A stretch of DNA of 63,397 nt, the filler included, from Reclinomonas americana ATCC 50394 (lineage: Eukaryota): the NCBI GenBank assembly GCA_048213135.1. It is 18 parts of 18 records of this genome, joined end to end, with 100 filler letters (N's around TTAATTAATTAA, not from the genome) between each part and the next. Parts side by side here need not be neighbours in the genome. Positions count along the whole stretch, not along the records: positions 27,422 to 28,578 come from AFZH01021945.1; positions 28,679 to 30,352 come from AFZH01021946.1; positions 30,453 to 35,533 come from AFZH01021947.1; positions 35,634 to 43,997 come from AFZH01021948.1; 14 more parts are not named here. The stretch is one strand, 5' to 3'. The notes under the pieces were generated by a model, which was given only the letters and a program-made list of their open reading frames with translations, was not told the origin of the DNA and ran no database searches. Each line of letters opens with the position of its first letter. Positions within the stretch are counted from its first letter, which is position 1. Position numbers and translations under genes: made by a program. Shown piece after piece: positions 27,701-41,100 of the stretch.

Positions 27701-30700
27701 CTCTTTCTTTCGCTCTCCGTCTCTTACTCGTGAGACCCGTCTTTGACAAGGAGCGCGCGTCTGTATAGCTGCGCGTTCATTGTGCTCATCTGCATTCGAG
27801 TCTGTGCCGACGCACACCGTCGTTGGTCTTCTATTCCCACTTTTTGTATGGATTACCTCTCACTCGCTCTCATTATCCCCTTCCCCCATTTTCACATGGA
27901 TATCCTGCCGTCGTCTGTGTATCCATCCAGTATTGTACAACTAACTCTCACTCGCTCTCGTTGATCCCTTATCCCACTTTTCGCATGCATATCCTGCCAT
28001 CGTCGTTGTATCCATTCAGTATTGTACAACCGCTCACTTGCTCTCGTAATCCCCTTCCCCCACTTTTCGCATGGATATCCTGCCGTCGTCTTTGCATCCA
28101 TTCAGTATTGTACAACCTCTCACTCGCTCTCGTTTTCTCCTTCCCCTACTTTGCATGTATTCCGCCGTCGTCGTTGTATCCATTCAGTGCTCACTCGCTC
28201 TCGGTATCCCCTTCCCCCACCTTTCCCATGGATATCCTGCCGTCGGCGCTGTATCCATTCAGTGTTGTACAACCTCTCACTCGCTTTCATTATCCCCTTG
28301 CCCCACTTTTCACATGGATATCCTGCCGTCGTTGTTGTATCCATTCAGTGCTCACTCGCTCTCGTTATCTCCTTCCTCCACTTTTCGCATGGATATCCTG
28401 CCGTCGTTGTTGTATCCAGATCTCCATTCAGTGCTCACTCGCTCTCGTTATCTCCTTCCTCCACTTTTCGCATGGATATCCTACCGTCGTCGTTGTATCC
28501 ATTCAGTGTTGTACAGCCTCGTCGGCGTTGTATCCATTCAGTGTTGTGCAACCGCTCACTCGCTTTCGTTATTCCCTTNNNNNNNNNNNNNNNNNNNNNN
28601 NNNNNNNNNNNNNNNNNNNNNNTTAATTAATTAANNNNNNNNNNNNNNNNNNNNNNNNNNNNNNNNNNNNNNNNNNNNCCGTCATCGTTGTATCCATTCA
28701 CCTCTCACTCGCTCTCGTTATTCCCTTCCCTCACTTTCGCATGGATATCCTGCCGTCGTCTTTGCATCCATTCAGTGTTGTGCAACCTCTCACTCGCCTT
28801 CATTATCCCCTTCCCCCGCTACTCTGTCTGACTTTTCTTGTGACACTGGATGTAGGGAGCCATGGCAGAGCAACAGGTGTGGGACAAGTGGTTTGCTCGT
28901 GATGACCCGTTGCAAAAATCGCTCGCTCGTGCCGTTGCGTTTTGTTGGTCAGCCACGCGTTCGTCTTTTTCGCGCTCTCACTGGAGAATGCAGGCGTTGT
29001 TAAAGTGGAGCCGGCTGGGCGTGTCGCAGCAGCGAGTGGAGTTCATGCACAAGTCAGTGCTGGAGTACTTTGCCGCACAAGCGTGGCTGGCCGATGTTCA
29101 AGTGCTGGCCAACGAGGATGTTGAGCTGGAGGTGAGCGAAGAAGTGTGTCGCTGTTGGCATGTTCTTCCAGCTCATGCATGCTGATTGCTTTGTTCGCTC
29201 GTAGGAACGAGTCGACCGGCTCTGTTGCAGCTTCTCTGGTCAACGAGCGTTGCTCACTTCCGATGAAGTGAGTGTGATTCTTCATCTCCGTCCACGGTTG
29301 CCGTTCTCACAACCTCACTGTTGATCGCAGGGACTCAACTCCATTCTGTCGTTCATTGGCGAGCAAGTGCGCGCTGACCACTCGCTGCAACCTGCACTGT
29401 GGTACGCTGTTGCTCTCTCGCGCAACCACGAGCGAATCGCTGCCGTGGCATCGAGTGCGGCGAGCGCACTGTGCCTCGCGGAGGTGTCGTTCAGTGGGCG
29501 CGATCTGTCTGATGTGCGAGTGCGAGGTGCGGACTTGAGAGATGCGGTGATGCATAGGACGGTGTGGAGGGGGGCGGATCTGCGAGGGGTGAATGTGTGC
29601 TCGGCGTTTGCCAAGGAGGCAGATTTCCGCGGGGCGAAGGTGACGGATGTGAAGTGGCCGAGAAGGGCAATGGTGGGGCACACGGATTCGGTGTGTTCCA
29701 TCGCCGTGACCCCCGACGGTCGGCACATGGTGAGCGCGAGTCCTGACGAGACAATCCGAGTGTGGTCCGTGGCGACTGGGGAAGAAGTGCGACAGATGGA
29801 AGGACAAGAAGGCGTGGTGTACTCTGTTGCCGTCACCCCCGATGGTCAGTTTATTGTGAGTGGAGGTGATGACGACATAGTGCGTTTGTGGTCGCTGGCG
29901 AGCGGTGAGGAATTACAACGATTTGAAGGACACACTCGCGAAGTGCGGTCTGTCGCCGCCACACCCGATGGCAAATACATTGTGAGTGGCAGTGGCGACG
30001 AGTCAGTGCGAGTGTGGTCTGTGGCGACTGGAGAGCAGGTCCACCGGTTCAAGGGACACCGTCTGGGGGTGGGAAATGTCGCCGTCACTCCCGATGCCAA
30101 GCACATTGTCAGTGGCAGTAATGACGACAAAGTGCACGTGTGGTCACTGGCGAGTGGGGAAGAGGTGCGACGACTGAATGGACACACGGGGCGAGTGTTG
30201 TCCGTCGCCGTCACGCCCGACGGTAGGCGTATTGTGAGTGGAAGTGCCGACTCCGCGGTGCGAGTGTGGTCACTCGCGAGTGGAGAGGAAGTCCGACGGT
30301 TGGATGGACACATTGGAGGGGTGTGTTCCGTCGCTGTCACCCCCGACAGTCANNNNNNNNNNNNNNNNNNNNNNNNNNNNNNNNNNNNNNNNNNNNTTAA
30401 TTAATTAANNNNNNNNNNNNNNNNNNNNNNNNNNNNNNNNNNNNNNNNNNNNGGGTGTTCTCTGTCGCCATCGCTCCCAGCGGTCAGTACATTGTGAGTG
30501 GTAGTGTCGACAAGACGGTGCGAATGTGGTCTGCGACGAGTGGAGAAGAGGTGCGACGATTCGAGGGGCACAATGGAGGGGTGTGGTCTGTCACCTGTAC
30601 CCCGGATGGTCAGCATGTTGTGAGTGGCAGCGATGACTGGACCGTGCGAGTGTGGTCTGTGGCGAGTGGAGACGAAGTGCGACGGCTGGAGGGGCACACG

Positions 30701-31108
30701 GGATGGGTGGTAGCTCTCGCCATCACGCCAGATGGTCAGCGACTGGTGAGTGGCGGTGACGACAAGACGGTGAGAGTGTGGTCCATGGTCAACGGGGAGG
30801 AGTTGCAACGGTTTGAGGGACACACTGAACGGGTGACATCTGTCGCCTTTACACCCGACTGCCAGCATGTTGTGAGCAAGAGTTCGGACAAGACGGTGCG
30901 TGTGTGGTCGCTGACAGGCGGCGAAGAAGTGCAATGCGACACGCGGAGTGATCTCGCTGGCACCTCCAACAAGACTGCCACCATGGACAATATCACCGTC
31001 CAAGCCTCTGACAAGTCGATTCACGTGCTTCGGGGGGACGGGGAGAGCGAGCTGACGGAGCGAATTCTCGGATCTTTCCTGCCCGATTTCAGCGACGCCT
31101 TGTATTAG
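24741..31108 (+). CDS. NLR-like NACHT NTPase - pentapeptide repeat - WD40 repeat protein (5' exon(s) in a gap; 3' end uncertain)
   Basis: Walker A VLVIAGWSGGGKS (26216-26254), Walker B VLVLDGYDE, PLML motif, winged-helix FMHKSVLEYF, pentapeptides GRDLS/GADLR/EADFR, then many GH..V.SVA.TPDG..IVSGS.D..VRVW repeats. No disablement is seen in the sequenced portions. Confidence 0.9.
25363..26050. repeat. Degenerate ~160-185 bp intronic repeat (about 4 copies)
   Basis: CCCACGGCA...CCATCCAGTG...GCACTCTGTCTCACA...TTCTCCTTTCCTCTCC recurs within NACHT intron 25238-26215. Confidence 0.75.
27885..28820. repeat. ~65-85 bp intronic minisatellite
   Basis: CACTTTTCGCATGGATATCCTGCCGTCGTCGTTGTATCCATTCAGTG...CTCACTCGCTCTCG is repeated about 10 times on both sides of a gap. 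Confidence 0.88.
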
Positions 31109-31641
31109 GGCAGTGGGGGAAAAGAGACGCGCTGGACTGTCTGGCTTTTGGGGTGTGCTGGGTAGATCTTTTGCTTTGTCTTTCCAAGAATGAAGACTGG
31201 TTGCCACCCTTGGCGAGGCAATGTATCAAATGACGGTCGCTCTCAACGAGCAGCTTCGACACAAGTACATGGAGCGGCGCCAGGCGAAACGTGACGGTGG
31301 TGGCGGCGGTGGTGCTCCGAATCGGCATGCCATTGTCAGAGTGGTGAGAATTATCGTGTGTTTCGCACATTAATTCTTCAAGCATCTCGTCTTACTCCTT
31401 TCTCCCTCTTTCCTACTGCTCCCTCTTTCTCACTCCGCGTTCCCCTCTCCTTTCCCCTCGTGCCGACGACGTGAAGCAAACGCCGAGTCTACCTGTGTGG
31501 TTTGTGGAGGGTCACAGCTTTGGACCCTACCATGGTCCGATGTTTGAACTGTTTGCCAAGTCATTCTGTTGCGCCTGCTCTTGTTTACGTCGCTGATTAA
31601 TGTTGATTGCATTCACTAATCCTGCTGCGTGCTGTCAACAG

Positions 31642-31901
31642 TGACTGCGAATGTCAATTGTGCCACCGAAGAGATGTTGAAGATGTCGGTGCGTCGCTTC
31701 CTTGTTGGGCGCCATCAGCTTGCCACGTTGAAGAAGATGGTCCGGGATGTACGTGACGTGGTGGAGCAGTCGGGGATCGGAGTACGCTCGCTCGAAGAGT
31801 TGTTTGGCAAGCTGGCGGAGCGAGATCATGCCGATCTCCTCGCCGATGAAGAGTTGAGGGCGCATCTCGAGCGCGTGTGGCGCACTGGACTGCAGCATTA
31901 G
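31642..31901 (+). CDS. Probable terminal exon of an unidentified gene (possibly a spliced extension of the NACHT-WD40 gene, with another candidate exon at ~31194-31343)
   Basis: Preceded by a CAACAG acceptor. The reading frame is coding-like (EEMLKMSVRRFLVGRHQLATLKKMVRDV...RVWRTGLQH*). No domain recognised. Confidence 0.4.
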
Positions 31902-32122
31902 TCCTTTGTTTACTCCTCAGCAGCCTTGGCAATTCACCCGCCTTGACACTGAGTGGCTGTTGTTTTTTTATTCTGTGCTTGGCTTTTGTGCGTTCCTTGT
32001 ACTCCAAACTTCTGTAATGTACTCTCTCATATTCGTCGACGATGGGAAATTGAGCACACTTTCCGTTTTCTTTTCACTGAACAATGAATACCACCACCAC
32101 GCCGAAGCGCGTGCAATCAGCA

Positions 32123-35100
32123 TCAACTGTCGCCGTCCGCCGAGCTGATCGAGTGGCGCAGTTTGTCAAACATTTGACGAATCTGGTTGAATCGATCCTC
32201 CTGCTGCTGTCGCTGCTGCTCATCGGCTGGACGCAAATAAAGAAATGAGCAATGGATGGAAACGCAGCAGCAGCAGCAGCAGACAGGACAAGCACATGCC
32301 TGGCAGTCCACGAGCGTCGTCTAAAGACATGGCACTCATTCGTGGATCCTGCTGAATGAAGAGTCAGTATGCAAATTTCTCCGCAGCAGCACTGTGTCTT
32401 CCCCGTCGCACACTCACCCTCTCACTCCCACGCCTGCCCTCTGCCGCCGCCGCAGCCGCAGCCGCAGCCGACGCCGGTTTTGCACTGTCCGCACTCCGTC
32501 GAGCTGCCGGACCCCCCACCGCACTGGATCCCAGCAGAGGCGGCAGTGATGTTGAAGGCACTCGCCGACTGCAGCACACCATGGTGTCACTCATTCGCAG
32601 CACTTTCATCTCAGCAAAACACAGTGCCAGCATACCTGGCGGCTGCGCCTGGCTTGGCAATCGGGCTCGCATGTGTGGCCGCCCGCGACGGTGGCTCCTG
32701 ACCAGTGTACACTGACGATGCATGCTCGTGTGCCTGTGATGCGCAGTGAGCAGGCACCCACAGGCGGAGGGTAAAAACAAGCGGACTTAACATCTTCGGC
32801 GAATGATGAGAGTGCACGGCGTTCGGCACTTCCCCTGCGACACAATCAACGCACAGTGAGGCGACGACAAGGCGATGAGTGTGCAGAGGCGAGCACGCAA
32901 CCAATCGGAGCCACCAGAGAGCGCAAAAGAGGCGTCGGTGATCTGGGACTGTGGCGTCTCAGCGGCGGCCTCAGGGCGGCGAGTAGGTGGCGTGCGATGC
33001 GCCGGACCGGAGGCGGCAGCAGTTGCTCGGCGAGGTGACACGGTGCGCAGCTGGGGGAGGAGATGAGTCGTGCAAACATGGCAACAGAACACAAAAAGGA
33101 AAGGACATTTCAGCGTACCGAGCGATGTGCAGACAAGTCAGCGGATTCCTCCAGCAGCTTGGCTTGATCCTGGAACGAGCAAGGAGATAGAGTAGTCAGT
33201 TAAATATTCTCGTAACAAGTCCTAATCGCGCTTTTCGTTCCCGCTGTACCACAACATATTCCTTGTCCTTCTTCCTTCCCTCGACAATCCGACTATAACT
33301 CGCGAATGTCACGCTCGATTAGCATCTGCTTATTGCCTTTATCCACTTTCTCCTCACTGCGGGAGATACAAATTGCAAATTGTTTTCTCTTTGCTGTGAA
33401 AGGAGGGCAGGGGATAGAAAGATGATGACACGGGAACGCTTTGTAATAGAAGGAGAGGAAGACGATCACGTATCTCAAAGCATCAGAAAGGCGCGACAGC
33501 ACAATCGCTCATTCTCACTCATGGCTCTTCACTTCCCTTCTCGTCTCTTCTTCCCTTCTCATTTCCTTTCTCTTCACTTCCATTTCTTCCCTTCACCTTT
33601 CTTCACATCTCCTCTTCCATCAAATTTCCTCCCTTTTCCTCTCTTGCCTTATCCCTTCTTCCCTTCTCATTTCTTCCCATCTCATTTCTTCTTTCCATCT
33701 CTGCCCTTCTCATCTCCTCCTTTCCCTTCTCATCTCCTCCTGTCAACTCTCTTTCCTTCTCGTTTCTTCCGTTCTCCTCTATTCCCCTCCACCCTCCTCT
33801 CTTCTCCCTTCTTCCCTTCTCCCTTCTTCCCTTCTCCCTTCTTCCCTTCTCCTTTCTTCCCTTCTTCCCTTCTCCTCACTTCCCTTCTCCTATTCCCCCT
33901 CCTTCCCCGTTCCCCTCGCTCACCGCCTCCAGCGTCTGCACGCGAATCATCAACGCTCGATTCTCTCGCTCCAAACGATCCTGCTCACGCGCGCTATCGG
34001 GCTGCGCACGCACAAAAACTACTTCAGCAATCACCCCTTCACACGGAACAACAACACGGGCGTGACCATCACCTGCCGCGGAGTGCCCTTCTCCTTTAGT
34101 TGTTGTCGCAGCGATCGAATTTCGCCCTGCAACTCGTCAATCTGCACTCTCTCGAGTCAGCAACAAATCACGGAGGACCGACCGAGCTCACTTCTAAGTG
34201 AGGGCTCACCGTATCCTTGGCACTAACAAACTCTTGACTGGCTCGCAAATGCTCCTGCGACAAGTCGGCGTACGCCTTTTGCATGGCCTGCATCTCACGA
34301 CGAAGCGACTCCATAGCTCCGTGTGCCAACTTGCCAGCACGAGAAGAACTGGCGAGCTCCTCCGCTCTGTGCAGCGCATGATGATGAGGAGGAGAAGGAC
34401 GAATAAAAACTGACAGTCAGCAATGATCTCAACGCAACAGTTGCGACAATTGCTCCTTGGTCAACTCCGCCTCGTTCGCTCGGCCATCCAGCTCCGTCAG
34501 TGCACTCTCCAACCGCTGCTGCAGCATTTTGTTATCACGCCTCAGCTGGTCGACCTGCGCACCAGCAGGGTGAGCTTCGTGGTGCAGAGAAACACAGCTG
34601 GGCGGCACACATCCCCCCACCTCCCGCTTCTCATCGGCCCTCTTGTCGGGACTGCCAGCAGCCTGTACACGTTCAAGTAAGGAGAGTTGAGTTGTGTGGA
34701 ATGGCGACAAATGGTGCACGGAAGCGTACCGCCTTTAGCCGTGCGTTCTGCTCCAACAACGATCTTGCTTGCTCGCGTTGCTGTGATTTGGAGGGATATG
34801 AAGTCAGCAGCGAGTAAACAGAAGCGTGGTATACAGTCACAGCGAGGGGAGTGCAAAGTGAGAGAGAGAGAAAGACATAGTGCGTGTATGTGTGTGTGTG
34901 TATGTCTGTGTGTGCATGTGTGTGTAAGTGCGTGCAAGTAATTGCAAATGTGTGTGCATACGTATAAATGTGTATAAGTGCGTTCAATCTGTATGCGCAA
35001 CTGCACAACAGTGTACATGAGCGTGCAAATGCAAAAAAGAGAGAGCAAGTGTGTTGTGTGTGACGTGTGCGCAAGTGCGTTCAACTGCAAGTCCTCTCGA

Positions 35101-38100
35101 TCCGAAACGCAACTCGTGCAGCATCCTCCATCTGCCGACCAAGCTCGCTGCGCAGCGAGTCCATCTCCTGCAGCAAGCGCGCCTCCCGGCCGCGCTGCTC
35201 CTCACGCGCACTCGCCACTTGCTGCGACAACGCCGCCTTTTGTTCCTCCAGAGCTGAATATGAAAAGAAAGTCAGCAAGATAAATAACACAGTCGTGATC
35301 TTCCAACTTTTACGCTCACTTGCTCAGGACCCGCGGACACAGTACAAGAAATGGGGGGAGAGAAGAGGCGCAAGAGATGAGGGCAAGACGGATTAACTCA
35401 CAAACTACTAACACTCTTTTTCCTTCTCCATTTCCCACTCCAATCCTTCCTTCTCCCCTCGTCTCCTCGTCCCTTTTTCTCCTTCATTCCTGCTCCCCCA
35501 TCTTTCCCACACACATTCTCTCCTTCTCTAGTANNNNNNNNNNNNNNNNNNNNNNNNNNNNNNNNNNNNNNNNNNNNTTAATTAATTAANNNNNNNNNNN
35601 NNNNNNNNNNNNNNNNNNNNNNNNNNNNNNNNNCTGCCCCTCTGCCCCTCTGCCCCTCTGCCCCTCTGCCCCTCTGCCCCTCTGCCCCTCTGCCCCTCTT
35701 CCCCTCTTCCCCTCTTCCCCTCTGCCCCTCTGCCCCCTCTTTCCCCTTCTTTCCCCTTCTTTCCCCTCTTTCCCCTCTGCCCCTCCTTCCCCTCCTTCCA
35801 CTGTCTCCGCTCACCTTCTCCTGCAACTTGTGCTCCTCATTCAACCTCTCAATCTGCCTCTTCAGCACATCAATGGCCGCCTGTTGCTGATTGACCGACT
35901 GCTCCGTGTCCGTCTTGGCGCTCTCCAGCGTGTCGAGAGCGTTGCGCAACGCCTGGAAATATTCACGTCGCGCTGAGCGTTGGCACAAGCACGCTAACGA
36001 CACTCGAATCCTCACCTGCAGCTCGCTCTCTCGCTCGCCAAGGAGCTCGCCCCGCCGATGCGCCTCCTGCTGCGTCTCTTCAAGCACAGACGACAGCGAT
36101 TCGTGAGCCAGACGGCACTCGGTGAGTTCGTGTTGCAGCCGCTGGGCGTCCTGCACAGAGGCGAGTTTATGAGGATCGGCATGTTGTCCTTTCATGAAAC
36201 ACAGGGAGAGAGTGAGAGTGTGTGAGAGACGCAACAGATCGTGCAGCAGCCAACTGACTGCGAACATCATCGGCCTCCGCCACACTGGCCGTAGCCGACT
36301 CGATGCGGCTCAGCGCGTCTTGCAAGTCTCCGCGCACAGACGCCAGCTCTGACTGCAGTTGATCGCGCTCCAGGCGAAGAGAGTGAATCTCCTCGTGCAG
36401 GAACTGTGGACAACACGAACACAACATTAGATAACAGTGATTACAAGGGGTGACGTATCTATGACACCTTCTGTTCACTGCTTTGTCAGCAATTGTCTCT
36501 TGGGTCTGTAATCTCAGTTGTTCTTAATCTCGCAATCCACTCTACAGTATGTGTGTCTTTTCGGGACTGTTGTCGTTCGCGCTCCGTGCATCAATGCTGC
36601 TGTTCACGAACTGCCTACTGGTCGCTCTTCCCGCTACCGAGTTGACTTACTTCATGCCTTCAGCTCCAAGCTCCAATCACTCTCTCGCCTTTCAGAAGGT
36701 GGAATGAGGAACAGAAAAAACAAAGACCAACGAGGAAAAAAAGGCACAAAACACAACACTGCACAAAAGTAAAGAGGTCGAGAAGAGCGAACAAATGGAG
36801 CGCGCCCCTTGACCCTTGCCTCCCCACTTCTCCGCTTCCCTTGTCTTTCCCCTGCCCTTCCACCTTCCCCTTATTCCCCACTCACCCTCGCATGCATACT
36901 CTTCTCCGACTGCAACGACGCCACCGCCTCCTGCGAGTGATACAGCTTATCACTCATCTCCTCCAACTGCTCCTCCAGGTCCGTCACGCGCGACTGACAC
37001 GACTGCAGACGCTCGTTCGTCTCGCGATACTTGGACTCCTCGGCGTGCAGCAACTCCTCGGCTCGCTGCTGCTTCTCGGACGACACGCGCAAGTCACGCT
37101 CACATTGCTGTCCCTTTTGCGCCTCGGCCAGCGCCGCCGACAATCGCTCCTCCAGAGTGCGCTTATCGCGACGGAGGTCCTCGACGGTTGCGCTCATTTC
37201 TTGGAACTGTCGGCTCACCTGTAGTGGCAAGTGAAAGGGGTGAGGAAAGGGGAAGGGAAGGCAGACACGATCCAAAAATGTAGAAGGAAACGACGCGAGG
37301 AGGAGGAAACGACACGAGGAGGGGAAACGACGCGAGGAGGAGGAAACGACACGAGGAGGAGGAAACGACGCGAGGAGGAGGAAACGACACGAGGAGGAGG
37401 AAACGACGCGAGGAGGAGGAAACGACGCGAGGAGGAGGAAACGACACGAGGAGGGGGAAACGACGCGAGGAGGAGGAAACGACACAAGGAGGAGGAAACG
37501 ACGCGAGGAGGAGGAAACGACACGAGAGGAGGAAACGACGCGAGGAGGAGGAAACGACACGAGGAGGAGGAAACGACGCAAGGAGGAGAAACGAAGCAAG
37601 GAGGAGGAAACGACGCAAGGAGGAGAAACGAAGCAAGGAGGAGAAACGACGCAAGGAGGAGAAACGACGCAAGGAGGAGAAACGACGCGTACACGAGGAG
37701 GAGAAACGACGCGTACGCGAGGAGAAACGACGCAAGGAGGAAAAACGACGCAAGGAGGAAACGACGCAACGAGGAAACGACGCAACGAGGAAACGACGCA
37801 AGGAGGAAACGACGCAAGGAGGAAACGACGCAAGGAGGAAACGACGCAAGGAGGAAACGACGCAAGGAGGAAACGACGCAAGGAGGAGGAAACGACGCAA
37901 GGAGGAGGAAACAACGCAAGGAGGAGGAAACGACGCAAGGAGGAGGAAACGACGCAAAGAGGAGGAAACAACGCAAGGAGGAAACGACGCAAGGAGGAGA
38001 AACGACGCAAAGAGGAGAAACGACGCAAGGAGGAGAAACGACGCAAGGAGGAAACGACGCAAAGAGGAAACGACGCAACGAGGAAACGACGCAACGAGGA

Positions 38101-41100
38101 GAAACGAAGCAAGGAGGAGGAAACGACGCAAGGAGGAAACGACGCAAGGAGGCAACGATGCAAGGAGGAAAATGACGCAAGGAGGAGAAACGACGCAACG
38201 AGGAAACGACGCAAAGAGGAAACGACGCAAGGAGGAAACGACGCAAGGAGGAAACGACGCAATGAGGAAACGACGCAACGAGGAAACGACGCAACGAGAA
38301 AAACGACGCAACGAGAAAAACGACGCAAGGAGGAGGAAACGACGCAAGGAGGAGGGAACGACGCAAGGAGGAAAAACGACGCAAGGAGGAAAAACGACAC
38401 AAGGAGGAAAAACGACACAAGGAGGAAAAACGACACAAGGAGGAAACGTCGCATGGAGGACACGACGCATGGAGGACACGACGCATGGAGGACACGACGC
38501 ATGGAGGACACGACGCAAGGAGGAAACGACGCAAGGAGGAAACGACGCAAGGAGGAAACGACGCAAGGAGGAAACAACGCAAGGAGGAAACGACGCAAGG
38601 AGGAAACGACGCACGACGCACAACAGTATTTGATTTCACACACTCCTTCACTACCATCACCAGCTTGGCCCTCTCCTTCCCCATCAACAAATTTCTCATC
38701 GTCCTCAGTGCTACTGCTCGTCAGCCACCTTTCAATCAATCACTATTCGTTTCCTTGCCCTCCTTTTCGCTTTTCCCTCCTCCTTCAGAAACAATGCAAG
38801 GAGAGAATGCAGCGAAAAACCGCTGTTCTTCACCGTCACTCATTCCTGTCTTTCTTATCTCCGCTATTCTTATTGTCATTTTCTCCTTCGTTGGTTTGCT
38901 CTCTTCTTCTTCTGTATTACGTTCCCATGAACTCCCCTTGTTCTCAGCCTTTCTCCCCTTCCTCCTCTCGATCTGTCCCTCCATCCCCTTCATACCCCTT
39001 TCCCGCTACTCTGCTACCCTTCGCCTTCCTCGTCCACATCCTTCCACCCTTCCCCCTTTCCCCATCACCCCATTCCCCATCACCCCTTTCCCCATCACCC
39101 CTTTCCCCATCACCCCTTTCCCCATCACCCCTTTCCCTACCACCCACCTCCGTCATCGACTGCCTCTGCCTCTCCTCCAACTGCGCCCGATCACCCTCCA
39201 GCTCCGCCACACTCGCCAACAACGCATCCCGCTCCGCTCGCAACGCCGCCGACTGCTTCTGCTCCTCCTGCCACTGCGACATGAGCCAGTTCTTGCTCTT
39301 CTCCGACTCTGCACCTCATGCACATCAGTGCCAGAATTACAATCAACCACACACAATCGCAGCACACCTGCCAGATTGCGCTGCGTCTCGTCTGTTTTCG
39401 CTCGCAACTCCGCAAACGCACCCAACTGCGACTGAATCTGCGCGCTGTCATTCGCGGCCACCTGCAGCGCCTCGAGCAACTGCGACTGCACGGCCTCCTG
39501 ATCGTGCACTTGCTGGCGCGTGTCGCTCAACGCCGAACGTGTCTCCTCCAGTGCCGACTCAAGGCCGGCCTTTTCCTCCTCCAGCTCCGAGACCTGCGTG
39601 GGGAGAGATAAAAGAGAGTTAACGTGTGGAGCAGCGAAACTCGATGTCATCCACAGTTACAAACCCGTGCACTCAATTCCGATGCCCGCGCCGACTCGTC
39701 GTCGAGCTGGAGCTGCAGCGTGCGTGCCCGCTCCTGTGTGTGCTTCAAGTCACTCGACGTGCTGCTCAGCTGCTGCCGTGCCACCTCCAAATCGTGTGCC
39801 GTCTGATCCAGCCGCCGGCTCGTCTCCTCCACGTACTCGAGCAGCGCCTCCTTGTGATCCTCCAGCTCGCGCAGCTGCCGTTCGCGATCCGCCACCGATG
39901 AGTCGGTAAAGTGCACCTGACGGCGCAGGGACTCCAGTTCGTCCTCGCGCTGGGTGGCGGTGAGCAACGGCAAGTTACAAATGCAGAAGAGAGAGACATC
40001 GTCCAACCTGGTACACTGTCTCCTGCAACGCCTCCACTTGCGAATGCTCGCTGGCGACGGCCTGTTGCAGTTTGCTAGACACAGAAATGGTGAAAATGAG
40101 ATGACGGAATGGGGAAAGAAAAAATGGCGCGCCCTCTCCTCCACTCAACTGCACCGCCCGCTGCCCATCCGCCAACTCCTTCTTGCAGGCCTCCAGGTTG
40201 CCGCGCAGCTCGGCCATCTCAATGAGCACGTTGCCGCGCAGTCCGAGTTCGTCAGCGCGCTTGTCCACGGCTTGCTTCAGCACCTCGGAGAACATGCGCA
40301 GTCCTTCGATCTCACTGCCTTGCGAGGACACTTGGCTCTCCAGCTCGGCGACCTGATGAAAGAGGAATGAGGGTGGAGGAAGCAGAGAAGGGGGGGGGGG
40401 GGGCGATCATCGCCGCACCTGCGCCTCCCGCTCAGCGAGAGACCGCTGCGCCTGCGCGTACCGACGCCGTAATGACGCGGCGCTGGTGTTGGTGGTGGAC
40501 AGCAGCTTCCGTTCCACCTTGGTTGCATATTCCTCCGACTGCAAAGCGCGGCAGAATTGAGGGGGGTGATGAGGAAAGGGGGAACGAATTATGAGAGAAA
40601 ACACACCTCTTTGGAAGCCGACTCCAGTGCCTCGACCTGCGCCTGCAGTACGCGCACTTGCTTCTCGGCCTGCAACGACTCTCGCTCGCGTGATTCGAGC
40701 TGTGACGTTCGAGCGGTCAGTGACGGGGAGGGGAGGGGAGGGAGAGGGGGAGGGGAGAGAAGGGGAGGGAAGGGGAGGGAAGGGGAGGGAAGGGGAGGGA
40801 GAGGGGAGGGGCGGCACAGAATTGGGGAGGGGAGGGGAGGAGAAAAGGAAGGGGAGGGGAATGAAGAACAGGAGAGCAGAACAGAACAGGAATGAACAGA
40901 GAAAGGTATAAGGAGAGGAGAGCAGAGAAGAATCAACCAGAGGAGCGGAGAACGGAGAAGAGAATGGAGAAGATACGAGTGGAGGAGAACGAATGAGAAG
41001 AACAGCAAGGAAGAAGAGAACCGTAGAGCAAAACAGAGCCGAAAAGACCTGAGGAGAACAAAGACAATGAGCATAGTGCAGAGGAAAACAGAGGCGACAT

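Noticed and set aside
27885..28820. CRISPR-like appearance of a palindromic repeat (also 60717-61370)
   Set aside because: The intervening sequences are themselves repeated rather than unique spacers, there are no cas genes, and the context is a eukaryotic intron.
36871..38739. Long ORFs (up to 622 aa) on both strands; likewise 40589-41665, the middle of 42153-43895, and 54586-55860
   Set aside because: They arise from stop-free intronic minisatellites. The real exons splice around them.
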